In this document: positions 8,123 to 17,300 of the stretch, piece after piece
Layout of the letters: each line of letters opens with the position of its first letter
Numbering within the stretch: the first letter of the stretch is position 1
From: a candidate division WOR-3 bacterium
GTDB lineage: Bacteria; Hydrothermota; Tepidihabitantia; Tepidihabitantales; DTDR01
Assembly (NCBI GenBank): GCA_039801885.1
Contig: JBDRVN010000034.1
Location: 1 to 20,446 of the forward strand
Direction of reading: 5' to 3'
Length of the DNA: 20,446 nt
Program-made: the position numbers and the translations under genes
The notes under the pieces: model-generated
What the model was told of the DNA's origin: nothing
Seen by the model: the letters and a program-made list of their open reading frames with translations, nothing else
The model's database searches: none

Positions 8123-11100
8123 TTAAATTACGATTATTTTCCTTATTATTTCAAATTTTTGGGTTTTGAACTTTAATATATATACTCCTTTATTTAATTT
8201 TTTACTATCAATTAAAAAATATCCGCTATTACTAGTGGTGAATAAACAACGATTACCAAGCGCTGTATAAAGAGAAATTTGGGCAGGCATTTTAGAGAAA
8301 TAAATTTCAATAATTTTTTTATCTGCGGGATTTCTTTTAATTAATAAATCAAATTCTTTTTTAACTATTTTTTCTTCTTGGTTACCCACTATTTTTTGCA
8401 ATTGATAACTTTCTGACGGTAAATACATATAAAACTCTCTGCTATTATTACCTTTTATAGCAAAAATTCTGTCTCGCCACCAGGCTAAGGAGCCGCCTCC
8501 TTTAACTTTTTTACCACTGCCAAGAGGTAAATCTTCCAATTGTAACCAGCTATCTCTTTTTAATTCAAATCGCCAAAAATCCAAAGTATTCCCTCCTTTT
8601 AAAGCATAAATATATTCATTGGCATATACAATACTGCCACCTTTTTTAACCTTTTTCTTTTTTCCTTTACTATATAAAGGCAAATCAGGTAATTGCTGCC
8701 AACCAGAATCTGGATGATACTTAAAAAATTCATTCACCTTTGCTCCTCCTTTTAAAGCGTAAATATATTTATTATCCGTAGTTAAAGCACTTCCTTCACC
8801 AAATCCTTTCCCTGTTTTACCGCTGGGAGCACCAATATTTTCACTCCAACTATTTATTATTGGATCATACACATAAAATTCTAATCTATTCCCACCAGGA
8901 AGGCAATAAATTTTACCTTTATAAAAAACTAAAGAAGCACCTTTTTTAATCTTTTTTGAAGAAGGAATTTCTGGTAGACTTATCCATATTCCTAGGGAAT
9001 CACCTTTTACTCCATATTTATAAAATTCTCGGGTATTATTCCCTTTTAACAGATAAATCCACTTATTATTATCATAAGTAAGGGCACCACCACTTTTTAC
9101 CCTTTTTTTCTTCTCGCCATAAGGCACAGTATCTTTAAAATACCATTCATCTTCCGTTACAGAATAGATAAGTAAATCTAAAGTATTGTTACCCCTTAAA
9201 GCATAAAGAGAATCGCCTACGCAAACCATTGCTCCGCCATCTTTTATATTTTTGTTAGAAATCTCTTTTGTCACATCCTTTAATCGGTACCATCCTGGTA
9301 ATTTTACCACTACTTTAAAACTATCGGATAAAATATCATTAAAGGGATTTAAATCTTTATTCAAAAGTTTGCAAATAGTGATATATTTTCCAGTATCTAA
9401 ACAATAAAAACTCTCATAAATTACTTCTCTCTCTTCTTGAGGATTAACCATTGTTATTTGAGTATCACTATAAAAAATGGTATCGTTCTTAAAAATATTA
9501 AAAGTTGTGGCGATATTAAAAGGAAAATTATTATAATTTTTTATTTTTGCTTTTACCTTTTGGGGATAAAATGGATTGTAGAAAATTATTCCTTTAGGAG
9601 AGACGATTTTGGCAATACCAAAATCAAAATAGCTAATATTAAAATCACTATAAGCGGTATCATTATAGGGATTCTTATCTTTTCCAAATTTTAAAAAAGA
9701 TAAGCAGCAAAAATTGCCGGTATCTTGGACAACAAAAGGCGTAAATGACAAAGTTTCTTCTTCATTGGGCAAAATAGTAAAGTTTAAAGTATCGGAATAA
9801 ATAAAAGAATTTTGAAAGATAATACTAAATATCTGAATAAATTGACAAGATTTATTACTATAATTTTTAACAGCTACTTTAGGAATAAATACTCCCGGCG
9901 GTAAATTACCAACCGGTTGGATTATTTTTACTGTTCCCAAATCATAATAAACACAAGAGAAAAATTCTCGGAGTGTATCATTATTAGGATTCTGGTCATT
10001 ATTTAATTTTACTGAAGCAATACTTAAATATTCACCAATTTCACGTACTTGATAATTAGGAAAAATTAATAAAGTATCTTTATTAGGTGCTAATCTTAAA
10101 TAAATACTTTCGGTATATATTAGATTTCCTGATAAGAAGATTTTAAAATAACTATAAAAATCTTCAGCAAAGGCACCAAAATTTTTAACTTTTATTTTGG
10201 GTGTAATAAAACTATCAACAGGAACTTCTTCCTTCGGTTCCAATATCTCCATTACACCCACATCTCTGGCCGGTTTCAAACCTAATCCATAAATTTTATC
10301 AATCGCTACGCCATAATAATTTACACTGTTATCAGAACCAAAATGAAATCTTATCATTACACCGCCTGTTTCAATCGGAAGAACAACAAAGTTTAATTTC
10401 CAGTTCCTATCAATTTTAGAATAAGCCGATTCATAAGGAATACCAACATTACTACCGCTCATAATACCATCGTATCTTTGTCCATAACTTTCCATAGAAT
10501 GGGCAATATGCCAAGTAATTCCTCCATCTGATGAATATTTTACATTATAACCGTCCTGATTTTCTTCTGATTCATACCAATGCCAATAAGCAAATATTGG
10601 AAAAGGCCGGAGAATTAAAAATGGGAAGGTTGTCAATTTCCAATCAGCATTATTAAAATAATTACTATCTAATTTTGTTGCCCAAACCATTGTATCACCA
10701 TCTACTCCGTTTAAAGGTCCGGCATTAGGCTTTCCCCATTCCCAAGTATTTTCACGAGGATAGGGAGAAAAACCACCGCGATTCCTTTCAAAATTTTCAA
10801 AATAATTATAAACGCCACAAAAACTATTTTTAACATTATTTTCTAAGTTTTGGTCAAAAGCAAAATAAGTTGAACAGATAATAGAATAGATACCAGAAAT
10901 TAAATTTAAAGAAGAAAAATTAAGGGTTTCCTCATCATTAGGGGACAAAGAGAGAATTCTTAGAGAATCCAAATAATTCTCCCCTATTTTCATTGTTACT
11001 GAAATATTATTGGCGGTATTTAAACCGAAATTTTTGATAATTACCTTTGGTACATATTCTCCTTCTTCAATCATCCCTTTAGGAGAAATAATATCTTTTA

Positions 11101-13177
11101 CACCAATGTCCCAAAGCAACCGATCAGAAAAACCAATACCATAAATTTTATCAATTCTTGGACCAAAATAGTTTACTGAAGGATCTGAACCAAAATGAAA
11201 TTGCAAATAGAAAAAATTCCCTTGGTAAACAGGGATTTTCATCCAATTCATTTGCCAATCAGAACTACCGCAATAGACAGATTCATTTGTCACACCAACC
11301 GTAAATGGTGAAGCAATTGTTGTATACCTTTGTCCTAAATTAGGAAGAGAATGGATAATTTGCCAATTATTATCAGGAATTGAACACTTCACATTATAGC
11401 CATCGTAAAAATATTCAATATCATATTTATGCCAATAGACAACAACCGGTGAATCAATAAGGGCGTAATAACGGCAGGAATTAAGGCGAGAATTAGAATA
11501 ATTGGAATATCCATTTGTTGACCAGCAATGAGTATCACCACTCACACCAAATTCACCATATTCCCAATCAGAGGGTAAAATATTTAAAAAACCGCCGTTA
11601 GAAGATTCAAAGTTTTCGTAATAATCATAAATTGCTACCATGGTTTTTTTACTATTATTTATTGAATCTTCATCAAGAACAAAAAGGGTGGTGCATTTTA
11701 CTCGAAACCAAACAGATTCGTTCGGCATCCAAGAAGAAAAGTTTATTATCGTCTCTCTTTCTGGTAACAAAGAATCAATAGTTTTAATATCAAAATAATT
11801 TCCTGGTTGAATTTCTAATCTTAATTGAAAATTATAGGCAGTATTTAAACCATAATTTTTTATTAAGACCTGGGGGATTTTAGCCGTTCTTGATGTCGGT
11901 CCGTTGGGATTCAAGACGTTAACAATTCCAATATCATATCGGGGAGCAAAAAATCTTTTATAATAAATATTATAATAACCTCTTCTGGTATCCACCCAAG
12001 ATATATGAATATTTAAATCGTTGGATACAGTAATTGCTGGTGCCTGACGGAAAAACAAACCATTCGTTAATTCTTGTATATTGCTCCAACTACCATCAGC
12101 ATTTCTTTTTATATAAAGAAGTTGTGAATTTGTTTCTATTTCTTTTAACCATACTATATGAACATTATTAATTCCATCAACAGCAATCTTGGGAGAGTAA
12201 TTATTTATAAATCCACTGGTTAACTGTAAAATACTATCCCAGCCATTTCTTGTTTTCCTTCGATAGAAAATTTGTAAATAACCACGACCATTATCTCCGT
12301 ACCAAACGATATGAATAGTGCCGTTATTTTCTACAGCAATTTGCGGGTGAAAATTTCCAAAACGAGCGATAGAATTAATTGTAGTTACACTTTCAATATT
12401 ACTCCATTCACCATTTTCATTGCGAAAACGAAAATAAATTTGTTTAATTGTCTCAGATGTTGGTGAATATCCGCTCCAAACTATAAAAACCTGATTATTT
12501 TTATCAACAGCAATATCCGGATATTCCGAATGATAGTTCCAATAAGTTATAGTATCAATTTTAGAATGCCAACCTTCGTTACCTCTTCTTACATAGATAA
12601 TATTATTTTTATTATTTCCAAAAAGAGCATAATAAACAATATGAGCGGTATCGCCTTTTCCACAAGCAACTTTGGGATAATATTTATAAAGCCATCCGCC
12701 GGGAATAGTTTCTAATGAAGTAAAACCATAACCTAATATCCTTTTCCGATAAAAAGGTTTATTTCCCGTTGGCGAAATTGTCCGATAACCACGCCAGACA
12801 AAATGAAGATTCCCGTTAGAATCAGAAGCAATTGAAGGATAATAATTATTTCTGGTATTTTCATCAGAGACAAGGGTACAAGCACTAAAACTTCTCGTTA
12901 TCTGATCGTAACTCCGAAATTGTATATAATAATATTGAGGAGAACTACTTTTATACCGATACCAAACAAAATAAATTTTATTATTGGGTGAAGAAGTAAT
13001 ATGATTACAAAAATCTCCCTCATAATTATTTAAATTTATTGAATCAAAAGTGACATTAGTATCACCTTCCCAACTTAAGGTTTGGGGAAAATAATTATTA
13101 GAAGAAAAATCATTATAAAGAATACCTTTAGGAAAAAATTGAACACTACTTATTAAATATATTAAAAAATATAGCAT
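8123..13177 (-). CDS. Large secreted multidomain protein: beta-propeller, 5 CARDB-like Ig domains, 2 jelly-roll-like domains, Kelch-like repeats and T9SS type-A-like CTD
   Basis: PxIAVDxxxxxHxVW repeats at ~11955-13080. Five D(I/V/L/F)G...V.IKNxG...DxNxxN units. Two YxENFE...WEWG...DGYNVK...FHFGSDxSVNYxG..IDKIYG units. YALKGxNTxEF repeats at ~8415-9300. CTD ends ISLYTALG...KGVYILK...RKIIVI. Likely start is ATG 13177, because the track's GTG at 13201 lies inside a hairpin. Confidence 0.85.
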   Translation of the reverse strand: MLYFLIYLISSVQFFPKGILYNDFSSNNYFPQTLSWEGDTNVTFDSINLNNYEGDFCNHITSSPNNKIYFVWYRYKSSSPQYYYIQFRSYDQITRSFSACTLVSDENTRNNYYPSIASDSNGNLHFVWRGYRTISPTGNKPFYRKRILGYGFTSLETIPGGWLYKYYPKVACGKGDTAHIVYYALFGNNKNNIIYVRRGNEGWHSKIDTITYWNYHSEYPDIAVDKNNQVFIVWSGYSPTSETIKQIYFRFRNENGEWSNIESVTTINSIARFGNFHPQIAVENNGTIHIVWYGDNGRGYLQIFYRRKTRNGWDSILQLTSGFINNYSPKIAVDGINNVHIVWLKEIETNSQLLYIKRNADGSWSNIQELTNGLFFRQAPAITVSNDLNIHISWVDTRRGYYNIYYKRFFAPRYDIGIVNVLNPNGPTSRTAKIPQVLIKNYGLNTAYNFQLRLEIQPGNYFDIKTIDSLLPERETIINFSSWMPNESVWFRVKCTTLFVLDEDSINNSKKTMVAIYDYYENFESSNGGFLNILPSDWEYGEFGVSGDTHCWSTNGYSNYSNSRLNSCRYYALIDSPVVVYWHKYDIEYFYDGYNVKCSIPDNNWQIIHSLPNLGQRYTTIASPFTVGVTNESVYCGSSDWQMNWMKIPVYQGNFFYLQFHFGSDPSVNYFGPRIDKIYGIGFSDRLLWDIGVKDIISPKGMIEEGEYVPKVIIKNFGLNTANNISVTMKIGENYLDSLRILSLSPNDEETLNFSSLNLISGIYSIICSTYFAFDQNLENNVKNSFCGVYNYFENFERNRGGFSPYPRENTWEWGKPNAGPLNGVDGDTMVWATKLDSNYFNNADWKLTTFPFLILRPFPIFAYWHWYESEENQDGYNVKYSSDGGITWHIAHSMESYGQRYDGIMSGSNVGIPYESAYSKIDRNWKLNFVVLPIETGGVMIRFHFGSDNSVNYYGVAIDKIYGLGLKPARDVGVMEILEPKEEVPVDSFITPKIKVKNFGAFAEDFYSYFKIFLSGNLIYTESIYLRLAPNKDTLLIFPNYQVREIGEYLSIASVKLNNDQNPNNDTLREFFSCVYYDLGTVKIIQPVGNLPPGVFIPKVAVKNYSNKSCQFIQIFSIIFQNSFIYSDTLNFTILPNEEETLSFTPFVVQDTGNFCCLSFLKFGKDKNPYNDTAYSDFNISYFDFGIAKIVSPKGIIFYNPFYPQKVKAKIKNYNNFPFNIATTFNIFKNDTIFYSDTQITMVNPQEEREVIYESFYCLDTGKYITICKLLNKDLNPFNDILSDSFKVVVKLPGWYRLKDVTKEISNKNIKDGGAMVCVGDSLYALRGNNTLDLLIYSVTEDEWYFKDTVPYGEKKKRVKSGGALTYDNNKWIYLLKGNNTREFYKYGVKGDSLGIWISLPEIPSSKKIKKGASLVFYKGKIYCLPGGNRLEFYVYDPIINSWSENIGAPSGKTGKGFGEGSALTTDNKYIYALKGGAKVNEFFKYHPDSGWQQLPDLPLYSKGKKKKVKKGGSIVYANEYIYALKGGNTLDFWRFELKRDSWLQLEDLPLGSGKKVKGGGSLAWWRDRIFAIKGNNSREFYMYLPSESYQLQKIVGNQEEKIVKKEFDLLIKRNPADKKIIEIYFSKMPAQISLYTALGNRCLFTTSNSGYFLIDSKKLNKGVYILKFKTQKFEIIRKIIVI

Positions 13178-13191
13178 AAATAAATAATTAA

Positions 13192-13224
13192 AAAATATCA
13201 CCGGGGAGCAAATTGCTCCCCGGT
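13192..13224 (-). terminator. Probable intrinsic terminator downstream of the lipoprotein gene
   Basis: Inverted repeat ACCGGGGAGCAA-N-TTGCTCCCCGGT (13200-13224), followed on the minus strand by GATATTTTTT. Lies 13 nt after the stop at 13238. Confidence 0.75.
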
Positions 13225-13237
13225 ATCCTCTTTTTTA

Positions 13238-14260
13238 TTAGGGATCGATTTCTAAGAATGTGAGTTGATGATGAGCATCAATACAATTCACAATCGCTAT
13301 CAATTGTCCTCTTCTTGGATAGAAAAATCTTCCGAAAATCAAAGCTTTTGAAGCAAAAATCTTCTCGCGAGGTGTAAGTTCATCCCAAGATTTCTGATCG
13401 GATAGATACCAAATCACATTTTGAATTTCTGTTGGTGTATAGCCACTCTTATGGTTAATTACCCAATTAATCGGTCTCCATTTTGGGTAGCGGGCATAAT
13501 TAGGAAGATTGGGGTCATAGCTGGAATATAAAGTCACATCGTAATTCTGCCCAAGATAAATATATCTTTGGCGGTCGACACACCAACCATAATAAGTTCC
13601 GTTTCCAATGCTGTATCCGGGCGGAACGTTGGAAAGCAAATATTCATAGTAGTAATTGTTTGACCAGACTCTTACGAATTTGAGAGTTACAGCATCTTGA
13701 GGTAACCTTACTCTTTTCTTGGGACAGAGACAAAAATATCTTCCCCAATTACTGCCAGGAAACGGATTACCATTACCCCAACCAGTTTCTTCACGATTTT
13801 TTTCTCCACCAATAATTTCGCAAACGACACAATGAGCAGCAAAATATAACTCTTCTAATTGTGACCATTCACCCAGTGGAATTGTAAAAGTATAAGATTG
13901 GGTAGGCTCGGTTAGTTCAACTGCATAAGCAAATTGTCCAGGCACTGGATTTCCTTTTACTTGCGGAATATCACTTAAACTGGCACCAATATGAAGATGG
14001 CATTCTGTTAAATACCAATTGTCGGTAGTAAGATATTTCACATAGACATTATCTTCGTCAAACCAAACTTCGATGTCACCAACATCCAAATTCTGACCAG
14101 CAATAATATCAGTCGCATAAGCATCGCCTAAATCCCTGATTGTTTGCGAAGCACTCTGGGGAATGTTGAGATTAGATTCCTCTTTTTTACAACCAACAAG
14201 GATCAAGAAAATTGGCAGCAAAACAAAAAGTAATTTAAATGTTTTGTTTCGCATTTTCAC
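13238..14260 (-). CDS. Lipoprotein with an uncharacterised N-terminal domain and a putative C-terminal thioester (TED/TQXA-like) domain
   Basis: Lipobox LVGC24. C-terminal half has GWC227VD, IQ280NVIW284 and terminal HQ332LTFL. The start may be ATG 14254, 5 nt after AAGGAG. Confidence 0.75.
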   Translation of the reverse strand: MKMRNKTFKLLFVLLPIFLILVGCKKEESNLNIPQSASQTIRDLGDAYATDIIAGQNLDVGDIEVWFDEDNVYVKYLTTDNWYLTECHLHIGASLSDIPQVKGNPVPGQFAYAVELTEPTQSYTFTIPLGEWSQLEELYFAAHCVVCEIIGGEKNREETGWGNGNPFPGSNWGRYFCLCPKKRVRLPQDAVTLKFVRVWSNNYYYEYLLSNVPPGYSIGNGTYYGWCVDRQRYIYLGQNYDVTLYSSYDPNLPNYARYPKWRPINWVINHKSGYTPTEIQNVIWYLSDQKSWDELTPREKIFASKALIFGRFFYPRRGQLIAIVNCIDAHHQLTFLEIDP

Positions 14261-14292
14261 TCCTTACCTTTTTAAAAATAATTAAATAATCA

Positions 14293-14357
14293 GCGCCCCG
14301 ATAAAGATTTATTTTAAAAACAAGGTTTGGTCCCTCCGTGCCAAACAGGCGCCTATC
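14293..14357 (-). promoter_or_regulatory. Candidate structured RNA element in the 5' leader of the lipoprotein gene
   Basis: GC-rich patches in an AT-rich spacer. Hairpin GTTTGG-CACGGAGGGA-CCAAAC (14346-14325) is enclosed by GCGCC (14352-14348) and GGCGC (14297-14293). Confidence 0.3.
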
Positions 14358-14362
14358 CATAA

Positions 14363-17300
14363 TCATTTTAGTACCACCACCTTTCTCACTTTACCATCTT
14401 CATTTTTGACAAAGTAAACACCCATTTTCAGTTTATTTACCTCTCTCATCAACAACCCTCCAGTAATAGAATATATTTTTATATTTCCCCTCTTCAATAT
14501 AATATTTTCAATTTTCTTATTTTTTGAAATTAAAACTCCCGAAATATTATTCTTCTTTTCCTTCATAAAGGAATTTGGTGAAGGATTATAAAACCAAAAT
14601 TCTTTTGTCTTATTACCTAAAAAAGCAAAGATACCACCGACAAAAGAAGAATAAGTAAGAGCGGCACCATCTTTCACTTTTTTATTAAGTTTCCCTGTAG
14701 GATAACCAAAATCCTCAATTTGATGCCAAATATCTCTTTCTAAATCATAATAATAAAATTCATTAGTATTATTACCTTTTAAAGTATAAATGAATAAACC
14801 ATCAAAGGTGGCACAACATCCTTTTTTTGCCTTCTTTTTCCTCATCTCTCTATTAAATAAAGGCAAATCAGCCACTCTCCGGAAGAGAGATTCAAAATTT
14901 TTAAGGTCTAATTTGTAAAATTCATTATCTCTTCCGCCTACCCTTAAACCATAAATATTTCCTTGGGCATAAATTATGAAGCTTCCCGACTTCCATTTCT
15001 TATTAGGTAATTTTGGTGGATTAGGAATAAACCAAGAATCCCAATTTTTATTATAAACCAGCCATTCATCATTTCCTGAACCAGGAATTAAATAGAACAG
15101 ACTATCACCGTCATAGGTAATTGATGGCCACTTAATCTTTTTATTTAAAAATGGATATTTCAATTCTTTATAAGTATCTTTTAAGGGGTTATATTGTAAA
15201 AATTTTTCTGAAGTCAAAATATAAAGATAATACTTATCACTGATTAAGACACTCCTATTAATTTTTCTTAAAGGTATCTCGCTCTTCTTTTGCCATAATT
15301 CTTCTTTTATATTATAAACCCATAATTCATTACAATTATTTCCCACAATTGCATAAACCTTATCATTAATGCAAGTTAACGAACCTCCGCTTCTTACTGG
15401 TTTGGTACTCGGAATATCCGGTTTTTTAGACCATCCTAAATTGGGAAAAAGAGTAGTTGGATTATAAAATTTACCAAAAATTCTCATTGTTAAATATTTA
15501 TTTCCACCCCAACCAACATAGCAAACCAATATTTTAGCATCTCCCTTTACTAACGAAGGTGTAATATCCCATTTTTGATAATTAGCAATCGGAAAAATTG
15601 CCAAAACCGAATTCTGTAAATTTATTTTGGCACCAAAAATATCTCCAAAATTATTACGATAATCCTCCCAAACTACTAAATAATTATCACCATCAAAAAT
15701 TATTTCACAATTTATCTGGTCTCCAGGTAAAACCGCTATTGGTTTAGGAGAAGAATCAATAAGGATTCCGTCCTTAGAAACCTGAGAAGAATAAATATCA
15801 AAATGGTTGCCTTTCCATAACTGATAGACAACTAAATAGTTATTACCATCAAATGCTAAAGATGGTTTATAGCGCCAATAAAACCCAGTAGCAATCAATA
15901 TTCCAAAAGTATCAATCACTTCGCCATTTCTCTTAATCCTTGCGCCATAAATCTCGTCCCAATGACCTTTTCTTTCATCCTGCCAGACAACAAAATAAGA
16001 ATTATCACCATAAGATATTTTCGGAAAAAGTTGATTACCTTTCACCGTGCAGATTGGTATGCCATTAACATCTAAAACTCTACCATTTCTATCAATCCGG
16101 GCACCATAAATATCAGCATTATTATTACGATAATCCTCCCAAACTACTAAATAATTCTCACCATCAAAGGAAACACAGGGATTTTTCTCATCTTTTGTGC
16201 GAAAAGAAATTGGTATTCCTATTGTATCAAGAAGAATACCTTCTTTCGTTATCCGGGCACCATAAATATCAGCATTATTATTACGATAATCCTCCCAAAC
16301 TACTAAATAATTCTCACCATCAAAGGAAATTTTTGGTAAAATCTGATTATTAAAAGCAGCAGTGACCACTATCGGTTTTTCCCATATTTGTTTTCCTTCT
16401 TCATCAATCTTCATTCCGTAAATATCCTTTTCTCCCTCTCTTTCTTCCTCCCAAACTACTAAATAATTATCACCATCAAAAATCACTGATGGTTGATATT
16501 GTTCATTTGCTGAGATTGTTATCAAAATCTCTTGCAAATTTAACTTATTCTTACCAGAGATTTTAATACCATAAATATCGCTTATATCATTATTTCTTAA
16601 ATCCTCCCAAATAGCAAAATAATTATTGCCATCAAATATAATTTTCGGTAGCCATTGATTACCATCAGCAGAAACCAACATAAAACTGTCAATTACTAAA
16701 CCATTTCTATTAACGATTGCTCCGTAAATATCCGTCTCTACCCCATTTCTTAAATCCTCCCAAATTATAAAATAATTCATTCCATCAAAGGCAATTGCGG
16801 GAAGGCGCTGGTTGGAATTTGCCTTAGTAATACAAATATCAAAGGTATCCAAAATTGTGCCATCTTCTTTTATTCTTTTTCCATAAATATCAGAAAAATC
16901 ACCATTACGATGATCAGTCCAACAGACAAAGTAATTATTACCCTCAAAAGAAAGAGCCGGTGAATATTGAAAACTATTTTCAGCACAAATAGTTATTCTA
17001 TTATGGATAACCTGCCCTTCTTTATTAACTAAAATTCCGTAAACATCAGAAGTATCTTGGCCAATCCAAGTTGTCCAGGCGATTAAATAATAATTGTTGC
17101 CAAACACAATTGCTGGTGCAACATCAATATTTTCTCCTTGATAAATAGGAAAACCATTCGGGTCTAAAACAGTTCCATCTTTTGTTATTCGAGCACCATA
17201 GATATCACCATTATCATTTCGCCAATCCTCCCAAACTACTAAATAGTTCTCGCCATCAAAACTAACTACGGGAAACCATTGGTCGTTTAAAGCCTCACAA

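Noticed and set aside
14329-14344. TTGGCACG as a sigma54 -24 element
   Set aside because: No TTGC -12 element at the required spacing; the sequence there is GACCA.
14309-14365. UGA stop of the 14363 gene followed 16 nt later by a hairpin, a possible SECIS read-through given nearby selA
   Set aside because: The UGA follows a normal CTD terminus (RKVVVLK), read-through would add only a short tail before TAA, and there is no selenoprotein-like context.
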